Assembly (NCBI GenBank): GCA_964484255.1 | Contig: CAZAEH010000004.1 | Location: 2,282 to 66,281 of the forward strand | DNA length: 64,000 nt | Reading direction: 5' to 3' | DNA from: an uncultured Planctomycetia bacterium | Lineage (GTDB): Bacteria; Omnitrophota; Gorgyraeia; Pluralincolimonadales; Pluralincolimonadaceae | Shown: positions 58,700-64,000 of the stretch, piece by piece | How the letters are laid out: every line of letters starts with the position of its first letter | Numbering within the stretch: position 1 is the stretch's first letter | Program-made: the position numbers and the translations under genes | The notes under the pieces: model-generated | What the model was told of the DNA's origin: nothing | The model's database searches: none | The model's input: only the letters and a program-made list of their open reading frames with translations

Positions 58700-59134
58700 T
58701 CATTCTATTGGATTGCCGGATGCGTCATCGACCCTTATCACGCCCGATTCATCGACGAAGAATACCCTTACACCCGTTATATTGGGAGTTACAGGCGCAG
58801 CCGTGCACGTATACTGGTTAGCGCTAACCAAAGCATAGGTAAACGTATAACCCTGTTTCGTGCCGCTTCCGAGCGTGGAATCTATATAAGGAGGGTTATC
58901 GCTGCTTAATGTCGCCAGGTCCGGCGGATATGTAGAAGGGTTCTGCATGGCACGGTAGCTTTCACATGCCGTACTGATGGTCCTCATGGATGCTATGGCC
59001 GAAGATTCATTAGCGTTCGAGCGCGCCCTTATAAAACCGGGTATGGCTATAACGGCCATAATGGTAATGATCGAGACGACTATCATTATCTCTACCAGGG
59101 TAAAGCCTTTCCTGGGGCAGATCCTGTATTCCAT
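58700..59134 (-). CDS. pilA: Type IV pilin paralog 1
   Basis: 144 aa. MEYRICPRKG/FTLVEIMIVVSIITIMAVIAIP. Shares KQGYTFTYALVSANQYTCTAAPVT with paralog 2. Upstream has TTGACA, 17-nt spacer, TAAACT ending 8 nt before the ATG, and no SD. Confidence 0.75.
   Translation of the reverse strand: MEYRICPRKGFTLVEIMIVVSIITIMAVIAIPGFIRARSNANESSAIASMRTISTACESYRAMQNPSTYPPDLATLSSDNPPYIDSTLGSGTKQGYTFTYALVSANQYTCTAAPVTPNITGVRVFFVDESGVIRVDDASGNPIE
58788..58866. repeat. 79-nt block identical to 59325..59403 inside the two pilin paralogs
   Basis: gttacaggcgcagccgtgcacgtatactggttagcgctaaccaaagcataggtaaacgtataaccctgtttcgtgccgc is present in both genes. Flanking coding sequence is diverged. Confidence 0.7.
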
Positions 59135-59175
59135 AGGAAATTAGTTTATATCCGCGCTGGCAAAATGTCAATATG

Positions 59176-59212
59176 CGAAAAAAGGGCGGGAATTCTCTTC
59201 CCGCCCTTTTAC
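59176..59212 (-). terminator. Rho-independent terminator downstream of pilin paralog 2
   Basis: Perfect 11-bp GC-rich stem aagggcgggaa/ttcccgccctt (59182-59192 / 59198-59208) with loop ttctc. On the minus transcript it is followed by UUUUUU. A 4-T tail on the plus side gives it some bidirectional potential. Confidence 0.6.
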
Positions 59213-59236
59213 GTTAAACCTTTTTACGCCCGAGTA

Positions 59237-59668
59237 TTATTCGATCGGGTTGCCTGCGGCGTTGTTAAGTCTTAAAACACCCGATTCATCGACGAAGAAC
59301 GTCCTCGAACCGGTGACGTTCGCCGTTACAGGCGCAGCCGTGCACGTATACTGGTTAGCGCTAACCAAAGCATAGGTAAACGTATAACCCTGTTTCGTGC
59401 CGCCCGCCAAAGTCGCATCGATGTACGGGGGAGTAGCCGATCCCAAAGCCGCCAGGTTGGCCGGATATGTTACCGGGCTCTGTGCAGCTCTGAAGCTTTC
59501 GCAAGCCGTGCTGATGGTACGAAGCGAGGCTATGGCAGCCGCTTCGTTAGCGTTAAGCCTTGCGCGTAGTAAGTTGGGTATCGCTATCGCCGCTAATAGA
59601 GCTATAATTGCGACTACGATCATGATTTCAACGAGCGTAAAACCCTTTCTCCTTACTAATCTACTCAT
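59237..59668 (-). CDS. pilA: Type IV pilin paralog 2 (likely the most highly expressed pilin)
   Basis: 143 aa. MSRLVRRKG/FTLVEIMIVVAIIALLAAIAIP. Strong SD AAAGGAGGGG. It is flanked by a near-consensus promoter and a hairpin terminator. Confidence 0.8.
   Translation of the reverse strand: MSRLVRRKGFTLVEIMIVVAIIALLAAIAIPNLLRARLNANEAAAIASLRTISTACESFRAAQSPVTYPANLAALGSATPPYIDATLAGGTKQGYTFTYALVSANQYTCTAAPVTANVTGSRTFFVDESGVLRLNNAAGNPIE
59325..59403. repeat. Second copy of the 79-nt identical block (see 58788..58866)
   Basis: Identical to 58788..58866. Confidence 0.7.
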
Positions 59669-59720
59669 CTCCGTTCCCCTCCTTTCGTCCTTATCAGGAC
59701 TATTGTTATCCGTTATTTAC

Positions 59721-59748
59721 AGTATAACATAAAAGACATTTGTGTCAA
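59721..59748 (-). promoter_or_regulatory. Strong candidate promoter with extended -10 upstream of pilin paralog 2
   Basis: Minus-strand TTGACA (59748..59743), 16-nt spacer ending in TG, TATACT (59726..59721), i.e. TGtTATACT. About 50-nt leader to the SD. Confidence 0.5.
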
Positions 59749-59753
59749 GAACT

Positions 59754-60965
59754 CTATTTAGCGACCACCTGAATCAGTTTAACTATGGGCAGGAACATGG
59801 ACACCACTATCCCTCCAACGACTATCCCGAGAAAAGCGATTATGAGCGGTTCTATAAGACTCGTCAGGCCGGAGACCGCGGCGTCAACTTCACTCTCGTA
59901 GAAGTCCGCGATCTTACTGAGCATCTCCTCGAGCTTACCAGTCTGCTCTCCTACCGATATCATCCTTGTCACCATAGGCGGGAATACCTTGCTTGCCGCC
60001 AAAGGCTGGGCTATGGATTCACCCTCTTTAATGCTCAGTTTCGTCTTTATTACGGCCATCTCGATGACCTTGTTGCCGGACGTCTTGCCGACTATCTCCA
60101 GCGCGGTCAATATGGATACGCCGCTCTTCTGGAGCGTGGAAAGCGTCCTTGCGAACCTTGCGACCGCCACCTTCCGCAACAATGGTCCGATCACGGGGAT
60201 CTTGAGCAGCATCCTGTCCCAGGCCAGCGCACCCTTCTCTGTCTTTATCAACTTAGAAAGAATGAATATGAATGCGCAGAGCACGATGATCACAATTATT
60301 ATCCATTTCCTTAACATGTCGGATATGGCTATAAGTATAAGTGTCGGCACGGGGAGGGAAACACCTATCGTAGAGAATATGTTCTTGAACGTAGGCACCA
60401 CAAAGATTATCAGGAACATCGTGATCGCTATGGCCATGAATATTACTACCGCCGGGTATATCAGGCTGGATTTCACCTTCCTGACAAGCGCAATGGTCTT
60501 TTCCATGTATATAGCGACCCTGTCGAGTATCTCATCGAGGTCGCCGCTTGACTCCCCGGCGCGGACCATGTTTATGAAGAACGGCGAAAAGACGTTCGGC
60601 TGCTTGCTTAAAGATTCCGAAAGGCTCAGACCCCCTTCCACGTTGTCCCGGACTTTCTTGACTATATTCTTGAATCCCGCCCTCTCCATCTGGTCCTGTA
60701 GCGCGTCGAGCGCGCCGACAAGGGGGATGCCCGCGTCAACCATGGTGGCAAGCTGCCTCGAGAATATAACAAGGTCCTCAGGCGATGCCTTGTCGCCCCC
60801 GATCGACATCGAGGTCTTCGCCTTCTCCCTGACCTCCTCGATCGATATGATGGTAAGCTCTTTCTGCCTAAGGACATCGACAAGGGATGCGCTGTTAGCC
60901 GAATCCATGACTCCGCTAACGGCTTTGCCGTCCTTGTCCCTGGCAGTATACCTGAAATTGGGCAA
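59754..60965 (-). CDS. pilC: Type IV pilus platform protein PilC (GspF family)
   Basis: 403 aa. Two GspF repeats and three TM segments. Confidence 0.85.
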   Translation of the reverse strand: MPNFRYTARDKDGKAVSGVMDSANSASLVDVLRQKELTIISIEEVREKAKTSMSIGGDKASPEDLVIFSRQLATMVDAGIPLVGALDALQDQMERAGFKNIVKKVRDNVEGGLSLSESLSKQPNVFSPFFINMVRAGESSGDLDEILDRVAIYMEKTIALVRKVKSSLIYPAVVIFMAIAITMFLIIFVVPTFKNIFSTIGVSLPVPTLILIAISDMLRKWIIIVIIVLCAFIFILSKLIKTEKGALAWDRMLLKIPVIGPLLRKVAVARFARTLSTLQKSGVSILTALEIVGKTSGNKVIEMAVIKTKLSIKEGESIAQPLAASKVFPPMVTRMISVGEQTGKLEEMLSKIADFYESEVDAAVSGLTSLIEPLIIAFLGIVVGGIVVSMFLPIVKLIQVVAK

Positions 60966-60966
60966 T

Positions 60967-62679
60967 TTATTCCTCCGAGGTAACCCTCAAGACTTCTTCA
61001 ACGGTAGTATTCCCCAGGGCAAGGTTCTCAAGCGCCGCAGCCCTAAGCGTAAGCATACCTTTCTCCTTTACAGCATAATCTTTTATCTTATCGCTATGCA
61101 CCCTGTCAAGTATCATCTCTTTTATCTTATCATCTATTATAAGGTTTTCCAGGATGGCAAACCTGCCGAAATACCCGGTCTTGTTGCATTTTGCGCAGCC
61201 TTTCCCCTGGTAGAACACGGCTTTGCCTTTTTCAGTATAGCCTATCCGGTCCAAAACCTCTTTTTTTATCTCCACGGCTTCTTTGCAATTCGGGCAGACG
61301 CGGCGCATGAGCCTTTGCGCGCAGATAAAGACCACGCTGGAAGCGACAAGGAACGGTTCGACGCCCATGTCTATAAGCCTTGTTATAGCGCTTGAGGCAT
61401 CGTTGGTATGGAGCGTGGACAATAACAGCTGTCCGGTCAGTGAAGCTTTTATGGCAATATCCGCCGTCTCAAAGTCGCGGATCTCGCCTACCATCACTAT
61501 GTCCGGCGCCTGGCGCAGGAATGCGCGGAGACCGTTCGCAAATGTCAGCCCTATCTCGGGTTTGACCTGCACCTGCGTTATACCCATCAGCTCATACTCT
61601 ATCGGGTCTTCTATCGTTACTATGTTCTTCTCGGGCGTATTCAGGATATTGAGTATGGAATAAAGCGTGGTAGACTTTCCGCTTCCCGTAGGTCCCGTGA
61701 CAAGGAACATGCCGTAAGGTTTGGATATGGCCTCCTTGAGCTCCTCAAGAGTCTTGGGCAAAAAACCCAATTTCTCTGGCGAGACCTTAATACTCTGTTT
61801 ATCGAGGACTCGGCATACGACCTTCTCCCCGTGGACCAGCGGAAGCGTCGAGACGCGGAAATCTATTTCTCTTTCATCCATCCTGACCTTAAACCTGCCG
61901 TCCTGCGGGAGGCGCCATTCCGTTATATCCATGTCAGACATGATCTTGAGCCTGGTCAATACCGCCGCCTGGTTCGACTTAGGCAGATGCGAGAACTCGG
62001 TAAGAGCGCCGTCTATCCTGTAGCGTATACGCATATCCTTCTCGAGGGGTTCTACATGTATATCGGAAGCCCTCCTCTTAAGCGCCTCACTGACAATGAC
62101 ATCGACCATCTTGAGTATAGGCGCTTTCTGGCTTTCAATGGCAAGCTCGGATACATCGAACCTCTCCTCGTCCTCGTTCACGGACATGACCTCGACGTCC
62201 TCTGAACCGACATCCTGGATGATCTTATTTATTGAAAGGGTCTCTTCCCCGTAATAGGCGGATATTGCATCCCTTACGTCCTTATCCGTGGCAAGGACAG
62301 GGTCTATCTCGTATTTAGTCAGTATCTTGAGGTCATCCAGCGCGAATATGTCCAGCGGATCCGACATGGCAACGGTCATCCTGCTGCCTATCTTGGATAC
62401 TGGTATCACATGATAAAGCCTGGTAATCTTTTCCGGGACAAGGGATATTATCTCCTTGTCTATCTTATACTTGGACAGGTTTATTGGGGTTATACCGAGT
62501 TCCTGGCTGAATATGGAAAGCAGCTCGTTCTCGTTGGCCAGGCCTTTTTCCACGAGTATCTTAGTAAGACTGCCCCCTTTTTCGTGCTGGGTCTTTATGG
62601 CCTCGTCGAGCTTCTCCTTGGTGACGACACCCTTATTTACCAGGACCTCTGCTATCTTATCCCTAAGGCTTTTTGCCAT
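60967..62679 (-). CDS. pilB: PilB/GspE-family pilus assembly ATPase
   Basis: Start taken at MAKSLRDK (track ORF extends to 62742). GPTGSGKST, CPNCKEAV...CAKCNKTGY. N-terminal KIAEVLVNKGVVTKEKLDEAIKTQ is an MshEN-like motif. Confidence 0.9.
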   Translation of the reverse strand: MAKSLRDKIAEVLVNKGVVTKEKLDEAIKTQHEKGGSLTKILVEKGLANENELLSIFSQELGITPINLSKYKIDKEIISLVPEKITRLYHVIPVSKIGSRMTVAMSDPLDIFALDDLKILTKYEIDPVLATDKDVRDAISAYYGEETLSINKIIQDVGSEDVEVMSVNEDEERFDVSELAIESQKAPILKMVDVIVSEALKRRASDIHVEPLEKDMRIRYRIDGALTEFSHLPKSNQAAVLTRLKIMSDMDITEWRLPQDGRFKVRMDEREIDFRVSTLPLVHGEKVVCRVLDKQSIKVSPEKLGFLPKTLEELKEAISKPYGMFLVTGPTGSGKSTTLYSILNILNTPEKNIVTIEDPIEYELMGITQVQVKPEIGLTFANGLRAFLRQAPDIVMVGEIRDFETADIAIKASLTGQLLLSTLHTNDASSAITRLIDMGVEPFLVASSVVFICAQRLMRRVCPNCKEAVEIKKEVLDRIGYTEKGKAVFYQGKGCAKCNKTGYFGRFAILENLIIDDKIKEMILDRVHSDKIKDYAVKEKGMLTLRAAALENLALGNTTVEEVLRVTSEE

Positions 62680-62683
62680 GGCC

Positions 62684-64000
62684 TTATTCCTGCTCCCCAA
62701 GCGTAACGCGAAGGATCTCTTCCAATGTAGTAACGCCTTCAAAGACCTTTCTCAATCCTGACTCCCTTAAAGTGACAAGCCCCGCCCTCCTGGCCGCTTC
62801 ATATATCTGGTTCTCGTGGGCCCTCTTTGCTACAAGCTCCCTCAACTCCGCATTCATCGCAACGGCTTCGATAAGTCCTATCCTGCCCCTGAAACCAGTC
62901 TTGAAACAGTAGTCGCATCCTTTTCCTTTATAGAATTTTGCATCGACCCCTGCGGGTATCTTTATCTTCAACTTTTCGAGCATGGACTTGTGTATCTCCT
63001 GCGGCTCCTTGCAGCGAGGGCACACCCTTCTGACGAGCCGCTGCGCGGCGACAAGCGCAACAGACGAGCTGATAAGAAAAGGCTCGACCCCCATATTGAC
63101 CAGCCTCATTATGACACCGGTAGCGGTATTAGTGTGTAAGGTACTCAAGACCAGGTGGCCCGTAAGGGCTGCTTTTATGGCTATATCAACGGTCTCGAGG
63201 TCCCTGATCTCCCCTACCATTATGATGTTTGGGTCCTGCCTGAGTATAGAACGCAAACAGGCCGCGTACGTAAGACCTATCTCGGTATTTATATTGACCT
63301 GGTTTATCCCCGGCAAAAGATACTCCACCGGGTCCTCGACCGTAACAAAATTCTTTTCGGGGGCATCTATGCTTTTAAGTATGGAGTAGAGTGTTGTCGT
63401 CTTGCCCGAACCGGCCGGGCCGCAGACAAGTATCATGCCATGCGGCCTCTTCGAGGCCTTCTTTAACTCCTCGAGGGGCTCCTTTTCGAACCCGAGTTTC
63501 TCTATATCAAGCATAGCCTGGGATTTATCGAGGATCCTGAGAGCAACCTTCTCGCCGAAAGCGGTAGGTACAGTCGACACCCTGAAGTCAACCTCCCTGT
63601 CCTGCACCCTTATCTTGAACCTGCCGTCCTGAGGAAGGCGGCGCTCCGCTATATTAAGGTTGGACATTACTTTTATCCTTGATATCATCGCCGATTGTAT
63701 GGAGCGCGGCAATGACTGCGCTTCCCTGAAGATCCCGTCAACCTTATACCTTATCCTCAAGCGGTCTTCCATTGGTTCGATAAGTATGTCGCTCGCGCGG
63801 GACTTTGTGGCATCAAGGACGACCGCCGACGTCAGCTTGACCACGGGAGTGTCTATGGCCGCCTCCTTGAGGTCGGACGAGCTCTCGTCGTCCTTCTTCA
63901 TGGATATGAGCTCTATATTCGTCTCCTTGACCAGGTCCTCGATGGCAGACGTCGCCTGGCTTCCATAATGCTGCTCGATGGCCGCTTTTATATCGTCGGA
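62684..64000 (-). CDS. Fourth GspE/PilB-family ATPase; N-terminus runs off the window end
   Basis: GPAGSGKTT, CPRCKEPQ...CDYCFKTGF. The frame stays open upstream of the track Met to 64000 (..SDDIKAAIEQHYGSQATSAIEDLVKETNIELISMKKDD.., which looks like the end of an N1 domain). Confidence 0.85.
   Translation of the reverse strand, partial: SDDIKAAIEQHYGSQATSAIEDLVKETNIELISMKKDDESSSDLKEAAIDTPVVKLTSAVVLDATKSRASDILIEPMEDRLRIRYKVDGIFREAQSLPRSIQSAMISRIKVMSNLNIAERRLPQDGRFKIRVQDREVDFRVSTVPTAFGEKVALRILDKSQAMLDIEKLGFEKEPLEELKKASKRPHGMILVCGPAGSGKTTTLYSILKSIDAPEKNFVTVEDPVEYLLPGINQVNINTEIGLTYAACLRSILRQDPNIIMVGEIRDLETVDIAIKAALTGHLVLSTLHTNTATGVIMRLVNMGVEPFLISSSVALVAAQRLVRRVCPRCKEPQEIHKSMLEKLKIKIPAGVDAKFYKGKGCDYCFKTGFRGRIGLIEAVAMNAELRELVAKRAHENQIYEAARRAGLVTLRESGLRKVFEGVTTLEEILRVTLGEQE

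Noticed and set aside
1-64000. Search for tRNA/rRNA genes, CRISPR arrays, IS elements, integrases and toxin-antitoxin or defence modules.
   Set aside because: Intergenic gaps are all under 180 nt. No repeat-spacer periodicity, transposase or integrase motifs, or terminal inverted repeats were seen. The window looks like stable chromosomal backbone plus two pilus loci, not a mobile island.

Overview
This 64 kb window is gene-dense and almost entirely coded on the minus strand. From its content it looks like an uncultured Gram-negative-type bacterium; the phylum is not determinable from sequence alone. No tRNA or rRNA genes, CRISPR arrays or mobile elements were seen.

Two pilus/secretion loci sit in a housekeeping backbone.

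Locus A (about 5.1-25.9 kb) is one long minus-strand operon with a type II secretion (T2SS)-like architecture:
- two tandem GspE ATPases with MshEN-type N-domains
- GspF
- GspG/I/J-like pseudopilins
- two paralogous giant (858 and 953 aa) GspK/PilX-like proteins flanking a Sec-dependent beta-helix protein
- a lipoprotein
- a PilM-PilN fusion (GspL-like)
- a PilO-like (GspM-like) protein
- a PilP-like protein with two HR-type domains (GspC-like)
- a secretin split three ways: a TPR protein carrying the secretin N0 domain, then two tandem short N0-less secretin paralogs

Locus B (51.1-64 kb) is a classical type IVa pilus set:
- pilQPONM and a pilA-like pilin on the minus strand
- divergent minor pilins pilV/W/X-like on the plus strand
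- two near-duplicate pilA paralogs sharing a 79-nt identical block, one with a strong promoter and a hairpin terminator
- pilC
- two more PilB-type ATPases, the last running off the window

No PilT-type retraction ATPase and no prepilin peptidase are present in the window.

Upstream of locus A is an unusual gene pair: a bactofilin-domain protein fused to an excisionase-type HTH, and a second HTH protein with a C-terminal transmembrane anchor.

The backbone carries a partial GGDEF gene, coaE, glgA, polA, mgtC, tsaD, a YibQ-like gene, ctpA, gatCAB, rsmA, pdxA, two parvulin PPIases, an N- and C-terminally truncated mfd, argS, rsfS, corC, corA, nadD, proBA, obg, rpmA-rplU, a macro-domain gene, rng and a DUF2344 remnant.

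A 46-aa zinc-ribbon ORF below the ORF-track threshold sits between corC and rsfS.
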